Assembly (NCBI GenBank): GCA_000505065.1
Contig: AWSN01000001.1
Coordinates: 403,647 to 467,646 of the forward strand
DNA length: 64,000 bases
Source of the DNA: Parcubacteria bacterium RAAC4_OD1_1
GTDB taxonomy: Bacteria; Patescibacteriota; Minisyncoccia; Phycocordibacterales; UBA9973
Direction of reading: 5' to 3'
Of this stretch, positions 40,905 to 51,009 are shown piece by piece. A model generated the notes under the pieces. It was not told the origin of the DNA, made no database searches, and saw only the letters and a list, made by a program, of their open reading frames with translations. How positions within the stretch are numbered: the first letter of the stretch is position 1; the number at the start of each line of letters is the position of its first letter. The position numbers were made by a program, and so were the translations under genes.

Positions 40905-41032
40905 AATTAATTTTATTTTAATAATTTTATCTTTTATCTAAAGAGTAAAAGATGCGACCTTAATTTCTAATAAGTTTATTATATCACATAAAGATATAAT
41001 AATATAAAAAGAATAAGAATATTGTGGATATC

Positions 41033-42247
41033 TTATCCTATACCTCCTGCAATATTATATATCGGTACTAATATTGAGGCTAAAAGAATTCCAACACCAA
41101 GCCCAAGAAAAACAATCATAAAAGGCTCGATAAGTCCAACTAAAGTATCTATCGCTTCATTTACTGCTCTGCTATAAAAATGCCCTAGGGTTTTTAATAT
41201 ATTGCCAAGTGATCCAGTTTCCTCCCCTACTCTTATCATACCTGTCATTATCGGTGGAAATTCTTCATATTTAGAAAAAGATTCAGATAGAGAACTACCA
41301 CTTTTCACATCAAGAGCAGTTTTATTTAAAATATCTTTATATATACTATTACCAACAACATCACTAGTAAGCTCTATAGATCTTACTATGGGGATACCTG
41401 CTGAAAGCATTGTGTCTAGATTATCTGAAATCCTAGATAAATATAACTTACCATATATTTCTTTTATTAATGGAATTTTTAATTTAATTCTATCTATGTA
41501 TTTTTCTCCTTTTTTTGTTGAATTTATACGGACTATATATATAATTCCTATAGCTATAAAAATAAGAACAAAGATACCATAGTTAAGCACAAAGTCACTC
41601 GCTCCCATAATGATTCTTGTAAACATTGGAATTTCTTGACCTGACTCTTTTATAATAACTGAAAGCTTTGGAATAATAAAAACAAACATCATCACCATAA
41701 CAAGCACAAAAACTCCAATAACAAAAGCAGGATATATAAGAGCATTTTTAGTCTTGGTAGTAAGCTGATACTGCCTATCCAAATAATCTGCTAGATATGA
41801 AAAAGTTTGAGTAAGCTTACCTGATTCTTCACCAGATTTTACCATATTTACATAAAAATCAGAGAAGACACTGTCATGTTTTGCAAGAGCTTGAGATATC
41901 GTAATACCTGATTTAATATCTTCAGCTACTTCATTTAAAATCTTTACTAGTTCTTTATTTTCAGTGTTTGAAGCCAAAAGATTAAAAGCTTTCAAGGCTG
42001 AAACTTGTGATTCAAAGAGAGTTGAGATTTGTCGAGACATCATAACGATATCTTTCATTGCAACTTTACCTTTATTTAAAAAAGGTATATGTGCAAATAA
42101 TCCAGTCTTAACACCATCTTCGTATACAGACAAAACTATAAAATTTCTTTTTTGGAGAGCAAGGATAGCCAAATCTTTAGAAACCGCATCGATAGCCCCC
42201 TTTTTCTTCTCTCCTAGACTTGTGACAACTTCATAATTATATAACAT
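41033..42247 (-). CDS. pilC: Type IV pilus platform protein (GspF family)
   Basis: GEESGKL, ALIYP, GEETGSL, LIEP. Confidence 0.93.
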   Translation of the reverse strand: MLYNYEVVTSLGEKKKGAIDAVSKDLAILALQKRNFIVLSVYEDGVKTGLFAHIPFLNKGKVAMKDIVMMSRQISTLFESQVSALKAFNLLASNTENKELVKILNEVAEDIKSGITISQALAKHDSVFSDFYVNMVKSGEESGKLTQTFSYLADYLDRQYQLTTKTKNALIYPAFVIGVFVLVMVMMFVFIIPKLSVIIKESGQEIPMFTRIIMGASDFVLNYGIFVLIFIAIGIIYIVRINSTKKGEKYIDRIKLKIPLIKEIYGKLYLSRISDNLDTMLSAGIPIVRSIELTSDVVGNSIYKDILNKTALDVKSGSSLSESFSKYEEFPPIMTGMIRVGEETGSLGNILKTLGHFYSRAVNEAIDTLVGLIEPFMIVFLGLGVGILLASILVPIYNIAGGIG

Positions 42248-42254
42248 AAATATT

Positions 42255-43313
42255 TTAGAACATCTGTTCTAATGCTTTAGGATTAATAGAATGCTGATAA
42301 GCACTTTCCATAGTTATTTCACCTCTACCTACTAAATCTATTAAACATCTATTCATATCTACCATACCTTCTCTTGATGAAGTTTCAATGACAGTATCTA
42401 TTTCATGAGTTCTTTTTTCTCTTATTAAGTTTGCAATAGCATTATTGTTTATCAAAAGTTCATAAGCTGGAACTCTTCCCCCGGTAATTCTAGGAATAAG
42501 CCTCTGTGAAAATATTCCTATCAAACTAGATGCTAACTGCATACGTATTTGATCTTGTTGATCTGCTGGAAAAGAATCTATAATACGATCTATGGTCTGA
42601 GAAGCATTGTTCGTATGTAAGGTGGAAAGAACCAAATGTCCAGTCTCAGCAGCTGTCACAGCAGCACCAATGGTAGCACTATCACGCATTTCTCCAATAA
42701 GGATAACATTAACATCTTCACGAAATGTGGATTTTAATGCTCCCAAAAAATCATTAGTATCTACACCAATTTCTCTTTGATCAATTATGGATTTATCTGG
42801 TTTGTAAACAAACTCAATAGGATCTTCGATGGTTATTATATGAGAAGTTGATTCTTTATTTACAAGGTTTATCATCGTGGAAAGAGTTGTGGATTTACCT
42901 TGCCCAACAGGTCCAACAACAAGGAAAAACCCTTGCTTTCTTCTTGCAAAATCCTTAAGTATTATAGGTAAATTTAATTCTTCAAAAGTTTTAGCTTGAG
43001 GTACAAGACGAATAGCAATAGAAGGTAAGCCTCTCTGAAAAAAAGCATTACCACGAAGCTGATGTATACCCTTAAATGTACTAGAAAAATCCATTTCTTT
43101 TTCTTGGATAAATTTATCTACTCTTTCAGGTCCTATAAAAACATTAAGGACTCCAAGCACATCTTCTTTTTTCAGAATATTCTTATTTTCTAAAAATATT
43201 AATTTACCATCAACACGTATAGCAGGCCTACGATCTGATCCAATATGTAAATCAGAAGCATTTTCATTCACCAAACTATTTAACAATTCTTCGGCTAAAT
43301 TTTGATAATCCAT
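42255..43313 (-). CDS. pilT: Pilus retraction ATPase
   Basis: ASDLH, GQGKSTT, TIEDPIE, AETGHLVLSTLHT, AIANLIRE. Confidence 0.93.
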   Translation of the reverse strand: MDYQNLAEELLNSLVNENASDLHIGSDRRPAIRVDGKLIFLENKNILKKEDVLGVLNVFIGPERVDKFIQEKEMDFSSTFKGIHQLRGNAFFQRGLPSIAIRLVPQAKTFEELNLPIILKDFARRKQGFFLVVGPVGQGKSTTLSTMINLVNKESTSHIITIEDPIEFVYKPDKSIIDQREIGVDTNDFLGALKSTFREDVNVILIGEMRDSATIGAAVTAAETGHLVLSTLHTNNASQTIDRIIDSFPADQQDQIRMQLASSLIGIFSQRLIPRITGGRVPAYELLINNNAIANLIREKRTHEIDTVIETSSREGMVDMNRCLIDLVGRGEITMESAYQHSINPKALEQMF

Positions 43314-43317
43314 AATA

Positions 43318-43716
43318 TTACTTTTTATTTTCTAAACTATTTATAATATCATTAACCTTTGTGATGACTTCAGAAGGAGTGCTTGATGCTTTAACTATAT
43401 AGCCAGCTGCTCCTAAAGATAAAGCTCGGGTCACATCTGACTCTTGACCTCTGTTTGATAAAAAGATAACAATAGACGAAGGAGACAAATTCTCTTCTTT
43501 TATTTTTTCAAGCATTTCAAAACCATCCATAACTGGCATAACTATATCAGTGAGTATCAGATCTGGATTATAGCCAGACCTTAATTTTTCTATTGCAACC
43601 TCTGGACCTAAAGCAGTCGATACACTAAAATTTGATTTACTAAATTTAAGTGCATACATATCAAGCAAAAATATATCATCATCAACTATTAAAATTTTTT
43701 TGACTTGTTCTTCCAT
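43318..43716 (-). CDS. Single-domain response regulator
   Basis: ILIVDDD, DIVMP, GAAGYIVK; start MEEQ behind a TATAAT. Confidence 0.9.
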   Translation of the reverse strand: MEEQVKKILIVDDDIFLLDMYALKFSKSNFSVSTALGPEVAIEKLRSGYNPDLILTDIVMPVMDGFEMLEKIKEENLSPSSIVIFLSNRGQESDVTRALSLGAAGYIVKASSTPSEVITKVNDIINSLENKK

Positions 43717-43752
43717 ATTTTTATTATATAACAAAAACAAATAAATAACTAA

Positions 43753-45495
43753 TTAAAAATTATAAACCTCATGGAGAGGAATTTCTCCTTTTATACTTTT
43801 AACTATAGCATCTTCCTTTAAGGTCACCATACCTTTTGCTCTTGCCAATTTATATATTTCACCTTCTGTTGGATTTTTTAAAATAGCATTTTGTATATCT
43901 TTATCAACTTTAAACATTTCAAAAATAGGAGTTCTCCCGCTCAAACCTGTTATAGATTCAGGGGAAGGAACAGCTTCATATATTGAATCTTTCAAACCAA
44001 GTTTATTTTTAAAGTCTTCCCCCAAATCTTCAAATTGTTTACTTATCATAAGTTTAGTTGCTTCATCTATCGGTACTTCATGACGAGAAGATGGGTGAAT
44101 TTTTCTAGCTAATCTTTGAGCTATACAAAGAATAAGAGTTGGTGAAATAAGATATGGGTCTATCCCCATATCTATAAGACGAGGAATAGCCCCTATAGAA
44201 GTATTAGTGTGGAGAGTAGAAAAAACCAAATGCCCAGTAAGAGCAGCTTGTATCGCAAGCTCAGCTGTTTCTTTATCTCTTATTTCTCCCACCATTATTT
44301 TATCTGGATCTTGACGAAGAATAGAACGAAGACCTGATGCAAAAGTATAACCAATTTCAGGCATTACTTGTGATTGATTTATCCCATCCATTTTATACTC
44401 CACTGGATCTTCCAAAGATACAATATTGTCTTTTTCACTATCTAATTCATTGAGCATTGAATAAAGAGTGGTGGTTTTACCAGAACCAGTTGGCCCTGTG
44501 ACAAGAATAAGACCATAGGGTCTACTAAGTGCCTCGCGGACCAAAGCTAAATTATCTTCTGAAAAACCAAGATCATCAAGCTTTTTTACACCTCTATCTG
44601 GATCAAGTATTCTAATTGCAATTTTCTCTCCATAATAAGACGGCATTGTTGAAACACGAAAATCAATTTTCCTTCCATCGATTTTAGCAGAAAATCCTCC
44701 ATCTTGTGGTTTTCTTTTTTCATCAAGTCTTAATTTTGATAAAATCTTTATTCTTGCAATAACTCCATTATAAACATTTATAGGCAAAACAAGTGAAGTA
44801 TAGAGTATCCCATCCACTCGGAAACGAACCTTGACTTTATCCCCTACGTTTTCAATGTGAATATCAGAGGCCCCCCCTTCAGTAGCATTCCTAAGTATAA
44901 CAGCCACAATCTTTATAATAGGAGCATCTTCAACTATTTTCTCTTCTTCTCCTGGTTTTAAGTTATCAGATTCTCTTTTTATATCTTCCACAACTACCCC
45001 ATTGTCCCCATTTTTTGCATCAGCAATCTCACTATCAAGTTCGTTTAAAACTTGATCAACTTCAGAAGAAATATTATCGTACATCAACAATAATTTCTTA
45101 TAAGACGAATTGGTTATAACAAAAAGTTTAAAAGTTTTATTTATTTTAGAAGTTATAAAACTAAGAGCATCAATAGCCTTTATATTTTCAGGGTCAACTA
45201 TTCCAACTTCTAATATATCATTCTCAAGACCAATAGGTACAAATTTGTAATTCTTTGATGCTTCTATTGGTATCATCTTTAGAATTTCCGGAGAAATACT
45301 TTTTATCTCTTTATTTTTTATAGGAACACCAAAAATACGAGATTTTATTTTTAAAAGCTCATTTTCATTTACCTTAAGATCAAGTAATGCATCATCTATG
45401 TTTCCCTTATATTTATCTTCAGCTATTTTAGTTATAACAGATACTTGTTCTTCCTTAAGTATTCCAAGTTTTACTAATTCTTCTAAAATTATCAT
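43753..45495 (-). CDS. pilB: Pilus assembly ATPase (GspE/PilB)
   Basis: ASDIH, PQDG, GPTGSGKTTT, LRQDPD, TGHLVFSTLH. Confidence 0.93.
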   Translation of the reverse strand: MIILEELVKLGILKEEQVSVITKIAEDKYKGNIDDALLDLKVNENELLKIKSRIFGVPIKNKEIKSISPEILKMIPIEASKNYKFVPIGLENDILEVGIVDPENIKAIDALSFITSKINKTFKLFVITNSSYKKLLLMYDNISSEVDQVLNELDSEIADAKNGDNGVVVEDIKRESDNLKPGEEEKIVEDAPIIKIVAVILRNATEGGASDIHIENVGDKVKVRFRVDGILYTSLVLPINVYNGVIARIKILSKLRLDEKRKPQDGGFSAKIDGRKIDFRVSTMPSYYGEKIAIRILDPDRGVKKLDDLGFSEDNLALVREALSRPYGLILVTGPTGSGKTTTLYSMLNELDSEKDNIVSLEDPVEYKMDGINQSQVMPEIGYTFASGLRSILRQDPDKIMVGEIRDKETAELAIQAALTGHLVFSTLHTNTSIGAIPRLIDMGIDPYLISPTLILCIAQRLARKIHPSSRHEVPIDEATKLMISKQFEDLGEDFKNKLGLKDSIYEAVPSPESITGLSGRTPIFEMFKVDKDIQNAILKNPTEGEIYKLARAKGMVTLKEDAIVKSIKGEIPLHEVYNF

Positions 45496-45497
45496 AA

Positions 45498-45821
45498 TTA
45501 ATTTATACCCACAGGAGCAAAAGGATTTGCTCTCCCCGGCAAAGCAGATTCGATTTTAACCTTATTGTCTTTAAGATTTAAAAACATTGGGTTTTCGAAC
45601 AAAGATTTATCTATGCTTATATTATTTAGAGTTGCAAGAGTAGAAATAAAAGAAATATCTTCAAAATTTAATGAAGACCCTCCAAAATCTTCCTCAATAG
45701 AAGAAAGGAATGAACTACCATAAACTTTCTTAATAGAAAAATCATTTGAGGAATATAAATACATACCTCCAATTAAAGCAAATAAAGATAATGATATTAA
45801 TATTTTATTAGATGTAGTCAT
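45498..45821 (-). CDS. PilP-like small protein
   Basis: N-terminal TM, GRANPFAP; lies after pilO. Confidence 0.6.
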   Translation of the reverse strand: MTTSNKILISLSLFALIGGMYLYSSNDFSIKKVYGSSFLSSIEEDFGGSSLNFEDISFISTLATLNNISIDKSLFENPMFLNLKDNKVKIESALPGRANPFAPVGIN

Positions 45822-45823
45822 AT

Positions 45824-46393
45824 TTATTTTAACCAATAAGTTTTAATTTCTAAATCATAAACAAGTATACTACCTTCTTCTTTTGTACTTAGCATTGTAT
45901 CAAATTTGATAGATTCTACATCAACCAATCTTAAATTCTTTTCTAATTCACTTAAAAATTTATTGAATGATTCATACTCGGCCTCTAATTTAAAACCTAT
46001 TGTGTATTCACCGTATTTGTTATTCAAAGTATTTGTATCTCCTATTATACCACTATTTGACAAAGTAGCTTCTTTATCTGATCCAAAATCTACATCTTTT
46101 ATAACTACCATATTTTCAGAAGCTATTTTTTCTATTTCTAAAACTAATTCTATACTACTTACAGCATCAGGTAATAAATGTTTCAATTTTTCTTTATCTT
46201 CTTCTTTTATATCCCTATATGATAAAAGTAATTCGTCTCTTAAAGTCTCTAAATTATTTAAATTATTTATTGCGTCTTTATATTGCAAAACTTCCATTTT
46301 TAAAGTCCCAACTTCTTTATATGTTGGGTTGGTGAAAACAACAAAAAGAATAATGGACAAAACTATAAATGATAAAGAAAAAAGAAATCTCAT
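45824..46393 (-). CDS. pilO: PilO-like protein
   Basis: TM plus coiled coil, LLP, YESFNKFLSELEKNLRLVDV. Confidence 0.8.
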   Translation of the reverse strand: MRFLFSLSFIVLSIILFVVFTNPTYKEVGTLKMEVLQYKDAINNLNNLETLRDELLLSYRDIKEEDKEKLKHLLPDAVSSIELVLEIEKIASENMVVIKDVDFGSDKEATLSNSGIIGDTNTLNNKYGEYTIGFKLEAEYESFNKFLSELEKNLRLVDVESIKFDTMLSTKEEGSILVYDLEIKTYWLK

Positions 46394-46395
46394 AA

Positions 46396-47007
46396 TTAAT
46401 TTGTATTTAAATTTTCACTAGGTGCTAATAAATTAATCTCATAAGATAATAAACTTGGGTCTACTACAAAATTTAATTTAAAATCAACAGTATTATCTAT
46501 ATTGTTTTTAACTAAATCAAAAAATACAACATTTGAAAAATACCTACCCTTAGGACTATTAAATATTTCAGATTGCTGAGCTATGGTTTTATAATCAGTG
46601 GCAACTCCTGATATTTCTACAAAGAATTGACCATCTAAATTATTGTGATTAAACTCAGTATATTGAACATTTGGTATGGTAATCTCTGCTATCGCACCGA
46701 ACAAAGGAGTTAGAACTTTGTGTTTAGATAACAAATCCTTAGAAGCAGAGACTCTTTTATCAAAAGCCTCTAAATCTCTTATGGTTTGTTCTTCAAATGA
46801 ATTGCGAGATTTATCAAGAGAAAGATAAAGAGCTTCTTTTTGTTTTACAAGATATATTTTATAAAGATACACACCAGCAGATACTATTATAGTAAAAATT
46901 AAAATTAAAATAGAAATAATAGTAAACAAATCAATCTTGTGATTTCTTTTTATAACATCAACAACTGGTTTTTTAGGAATAAAAGATGTTTGAAATGAAT
47001 TGTCCAT
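46396..47007 (-). CDS. pilN: PilN-like protein
   Basis: FQTSFIPKK, TM, position between pilM and pilO. Confidence 0.75.
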   Translation of the reverse strand: MDNSFQTSFIPKKPVVDVIKRNHKIDLFTIISILILIFTIIVSAGVYLYKIYLVKQKEALYLSLDKSRNSFEEQTIRDLEAFDKRVSASKDLLSKHKVLTPLFGAIAEITIPNVQYTEFNHNNLDGQFFVEISGVATDYKTIAQQSEIFNSPKGRYFSNVVFFDLVKNNIDNTVDFKLNFVVDPSLLSYEINLLAPSENLNTN

Positions 47008-47013
47008 ATGATT

Positions 47014-48159
47014 TTATGATAATTGTTTTAATGCAAGACCTATTGCCACAGAGAATTCTGGACCACTTTCTTTAAGAATTTGATCCAAAAACGCAGGGTG
47101 GTCAATTTTTGAAAAAGGATCACCTTTTACAACCTCTTTGTTAAATTTTTCAGAAGAATATTCTGAAAATCCAGAAAGAAGAGATCCAGCTCCAACCAAA
47201 ACAACTTTACCTACTTTTTTATTATACTTCTTTTCAAAATTTAAAACAATACTATTTGCCTCTGTGAGTATATAATCAATAGAAGATTTTATGATTTCAG
47301 AAACCTTAGCATCTTTAGTAAAATCTAACCCAACATTTTTCTTTAAATCTTCAGCTTCTTTAAAAGAAACTCCAATTGATTGAGAGATGTTTCTAGTAAT
47401 CTCTGCCCCACCCCTGTTAACAATATGAAAAATCCTAACAATTCCTGACTCTACTATATAAACCTTTACACTAGATGCACCAAAATCAATAAATAAAACT
47501 GGGGCACTTTCATGCTTGGGTAAAGAAGAACGCATATTACCAAATATTTCCATTTCCATAGCATTAGTATGGATAGAAACTCCAGATAAAAGATCTTTGT
47601 ATTTTATAAGGACATCGTTATGTATAGCAACAATAAATACTTCTTTTTTTAATTCACCAGTATTGTCTGATTCATATAATTCACTTATTTCATCTGGAAT
47701 AATAAACCAATCAAGAGCAACTTCAGAAATAGGAACTGGAACAAATTTGCGAGCCTCCATAGGAACTACTTCTTTTAGTTTTGATTCTTCAATATTATCA
47801 GGTAATTCAATATTAAAAATTAAACTAGAAGAAGATGGAATAGAAATAGCTCCATTTTTAGATGTTACATTTGATTCACTGATGACATCATTTAAAGCTT
47901 TCAATAAATTCTCTGTTGAAAGATTAGTAAGGGAACCCATCTCATCTCCAACATAAGGACCGAGAGATAATACTCCGTATGTCTCAAGTACAGTCTTGCC
48001 TTTATTTTTTTTAATTTGAACAACTTTAATAGAAGAAGAACCAACATCAATACCTAAAGCACTTCCCCCTAAATTTTTATTAGAAGAAAAAGAAAAAATA
48101 GAAGATATATCTTTAATGTCTCCCTTAAGTATTTTGTTAAAGTCAAATTGCATAGCCAT
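47014..48159 (-). CDS. pilM: Type IV pilus assembly protein PilM
   Basis: GIDVGSSSIKVV, EARKFVP, IDFGAS, VAIGLAL. Confidence 0.92.
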   Translation of the reverse strand: MAMQFDFNKILKGDIKDISSIFSFSSNKNLGGSALGIDVGSSSIKVVQIKKNKGKTVLETYGVLSLGPYVGDEMGSLTNLSTENLLKALNDVISESNVTSKNGAISIPSSSSLIFNIELPDNIEESKLKEVVPMEARKFVPVPISEVALDWFIIPDEISELYESDNTGELKKEVFIVAIHNDVLIKYKDLLSGVSIHTNAMEMEIFGNMRSSLPKHESAPVLFIDFGASSVKVYIVESGIVRIFHIVNRGGAEITRNISQSIGVSFKEAEDLKKNVGLDFTKDAKVSEIIKSSIDYILTEANSIVLNFEKKYNKKVGKVVLVGAGSLLSGFSEYSSEKFNKEVVKGDPFSKIDHPAFLDQILKESGPEFSVAIGLALKQLS

Positions 48160-48199
48160 AACTCTTTATATTATATCATATATAAGCTAGAATATAAAA

Positions 48200-48865
48200 G
48201 TGAAAGTAAAAGATATTCTAATATTTTTATATAAACAGATTATAAATAGTCTTTTTCCTGAAAAATGTATAAAATGTAGCAAAAAAGATATACTTTTTTG
48301 TGATAAATGTATATCTGAAACAAAAAAAGCACAAAGAGAAACCAGAGAAGGTATAATGTCTGTCTTTGATTATAGAGATCCTTATATTAGGAAAGCCATC
48401 TGGGACCTCAAATATTATAATAAAAAAAATTTGGGTAGTATTTTTGGGGATATTCTCTATGAAACATTTTTAGAAGAAATTAGTGACCTTAGATTATATT
48501 CTTTGGGAGAAAAAATTATTGTTATTCCTGTACCCATATCTAAAAAGAGAAATAAGGGACGAGGATACAACCAAAGTCTTGCAATTGCAAAATCTTTTGT
48601 TCAAAAAGAAAATATATTTGAACTAAAAAATAATTTAATTTTTAAAAACAGAGAAACAATACCTCAAGCAAGATTAAAAAACAAAAAAGACAGGTTGAGC
48701 AACATAAAAGGAGCTTTTGATATAAAAGATAGGAATTTCATAAAAAATAAAACTTTTATAATTATAGATGATGTTACAACAACAGGTGGAACAATAACAG
48801 AAATAATAAAAATTCTAAAAAAGAATAAAGCTAAAAAAGTACTAGGATTAACTATTGCACATTAA
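48200..48865 (+). CDS. comF: ComF family competence protein
   Basis: CxxC..CxxC, RGYNQ, IIDDVTTTGGT. Confidence 0.9.
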   Translation: MKVKDILIFLYKQIINSLFPEKCIKCSKKDILFCDKCISETKKAQRETREGIMSVFDYRDPYIRKAIWDLKYYNKKNLGSIFGDILYETFLEEISDLRLYSLGEKIIVIPVPISKKRNKGRGYNQSLAIAKSFVQKENIFELKNNLIFKNRETIPQARLKNKKDRLSNIKGAFDIKDRNFIKNKTFIIIDDVTTTGGTITEIIKILKKNKAKKVLGLTIAH

Positions 48866-48899
48866 AATTCCCCTAAATAAATTTAGGGGAATTTTAATG
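48861..48899. terminator. Bidirectional hairpin
   Basis: attaaaattcccctaaat-aa-atttaggggaattttaat between convergent genes. Confidence 0.7.
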
Positions 48900-48914
48900 T
48901 ATAAACAAATACAA

Positions 48915-50942
48915 TTATTTTAATTTAGCTCTTGTAAGTGGTCCTATTATCCCATCCCCAACAAGACTATTGGCTATCTGAAATTTTATTACTGCCTGTC
49001 TAGTCTTTGGACCAAACTTACCATCAACTAATCCAGATTCATATCCATGAGTGTTTAAATATTTTTGTAATTCTTTAACATCATCCCCTGACATTCCATA
49101 TCTTAAAGTTCTAATTAAATTTAAAACGGGTTTATCTAATTGATTATTATTTTGATTTATCTGATTTGGAAACTGTTCAAGTATTTTATTTGCTTCATTT
49201 TCATTTCCCATAGCAAGTAAATTTTTATATCTTGTGCTAGCAGATGAACCAGAAGATCTAATACTTCTTGTTGGAATTTCTTCTTCAGTTTCTTCATCTC
49301 CTTCATTAAAATCTGGAAGGCTATTATTGTGAAAAATCCAAGGGGAACCACTATAAACCCAAGGATATACTGTCCCATTATATATAGGGTGTGATGAAGA
49401 ATAAAAAGATGATAATTCTGTTTCATGGTGAGAAAGTTGATTATCCAGAGTAACTACTCCATTAATATTTTTAATATCATTAAATTCTAAATTATCTACA
49501 GATTCATACCAGCCAGAGTTAAAAATAACATCATCTATGGTATATTCTGAATCAAAAAATAATCTACCAACAACACCACCAACATAATCAAACAAAGAAA
49601 CATTACCTGTTGCAAATGAATTATATATTCTATCTCCATTATCAATACCAACCAATCCACCTACGGACGAACTACCGGAAACACTACAAGTAGAATATGA
49701 ATTAACTATAGTACCTATTGAGAACAATGATCCATTCAAAGAACCCACAAGACCCCCAACATAACTTCGGCTACTTGTATCAGTAACACTTCCTGTAGTA
49801 TATGTATTTTCTATATGGCTATAATTGCTATATCCTACTAATCCACCTACATATGAATAACCAGTAATATTTATATCCTCTAATCCAACATTTTCAATAA
49901 CTGAATTTTCAATATAACCAAATAATCCAATATTATCCTCTGCTGAACGATTAATATATAAATCTGAAACTATATATCCATCTCCATCAAAATTACCGAT
50001 AAATTTATTGGTGGCATTACCTACAGACTCAAAACCCGTACCACTATTCCAATTTAATGTATCACTACAATCTATATCATTCATCATTTTAAAATAATAA
50101 CTTTCACTTAAATATGGATATGTAACTCCATCACTTAAAACATAATTTATGTTTTGTAATTCCAAACAAGTTGATATTTGATAGGGATCTCCTTCAATAC
50201 CAGAACCATTTTCAAAAATAAATGGATTTTCATTTATGGAAATATAAACATAACCATCAAAACCAGATGTCGCAATTAAATACGTGCCGTCTGAAGAATA
50301 AGTATAATCATTTAAAACAAGTGCTCCAACAGATGTTTGTTGTGTCCAAGTTGCTCCATTATCTGTAGATATGTAAGTATAACTATCATTATTAGATGTA
50401 GCAATGAGTGACGTGCCATCTGGGGAATAAGTGTAATCAGACAAATAAAGCGCTCCAGCAGATGTTTGTTGTGTCCAAGTTGCACCATTGTCTGTGGAAG
50501 TATAAATGTAAGTATCATTATCAGATGTAGCAATTAAATATGTACCATCTGGGGAATAGGTATAGTCATACAAATAAATCGCTCCAACAGATGTTTGTTG
50601 TGTCCAAGTTGCTCCATTATCTGTAGATATGTAAGTATAACTATCATTATTAGATGTAGCAATTAAATATGTACCATCTGGGGAATAAGTATAATAAACC
50701 AAAGAAAGGGCTCCAACAGATGTTTGTTGTGTCCAAGTTGCTCCATTGTCTGTGGAAATGTAAGGGTAACCATTATTAGCTGAAGAAATAAGCGATGTGC
50801 CATCTGGGGAATAAGTATAATTTCTTAAACGAAGAATACCGATATCAGTTTGTTGCGTCCAGACAGCGAAAGAGATATTTGGAATTGATAAAGATATTGT
50901 AAATAATATTATAACAAAAAATATATTTTTAAATTTAAACAT
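48915..50942 (-). CDS. Secreted surface protein: BNR/Asp-box repeats, GLUG repeats, C-terminal peptidoglycan-binding domain
   Basis: Signal peptide; STDNGATW repeats; YVGGLVG repeats; DVKELQKYL...DGKFGPKTRQAV..FQ. Confidence 0.85.
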   Translation of the reverse strand: MFKFKNIFFVIILFTISLSIPNISFAVWTQQTDIGILRLRNYTYSPDGTSLISSANNGYPYISTDNGATWTQQTSVGALSLVYYTYSPDGTYLIATSNNDSYTYISTDNGATWTQQTSVGAIYLYDYTYSPDGTYLIATSDNDTYIYTSTDNGATWTQQTSAGALYLSDYTYSPDGTSLIATSNNDSYTYISTDNGATWTQQTSVGALVLNDYTYSSDGTYLIATSGFDGYVYISINENPFIFENGSGIEGDPYQISTCLELQNINYVLSDGVTYPYLSESYYFKMMNDIDCSDTLNWNSGTGFESVGNATNKFIGNFDGDGYIVSDLYINRSAEDNIGLFGYIENSVIENVGLEDINITGYSYVGGLVGYSNYSHIENTYTTGSVTDTSSRSYVGGLVGSLNGSLFSIGTIVNSYSTCSVSGSSSVGGLVGIDNGDRIYNSFATGNVSLFDYVGGVVGRLFFDSEYTIDDVIFNSGWYESVDNLEFNDIKNINGVVTLDNQLSHHETELSSFYSSSHPIYNGTVYPWVYSGSPWIFHNNSLPDFNEGDEETEEEIPTRSIRSSGSSASTRYKNLLAMGNENEANKILEQFPNQINQNNNQLDKPVLNLIRTLRYGMSGDDVKELQKYLNTHGYESGLVDGKFGPKTRQAVIKFQIANSLVGDGIIGPLTRAKLK
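50230..50862 (-). repeat. About 5 intragenic tandem repeats, 129 bp period
   Basis: gatgtttgttgtgtccaagttgc recurs at 50332, 50461, 50590, 50719. Confidence 0.9.
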
Positions 50943-51009
50943 AAATTTATTATATCAAAAAAAATAAAATTTGAAAGGAATCTTTTTTATTGCTATATTT
51001 AAGTTAATT

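Noticed and set aside
50230-50862. Regular repeats as a possible CRISPR array
   Set aside because: The 129 bp period is in frame within a protein, there are no unique spacers, and no cas genes are present.
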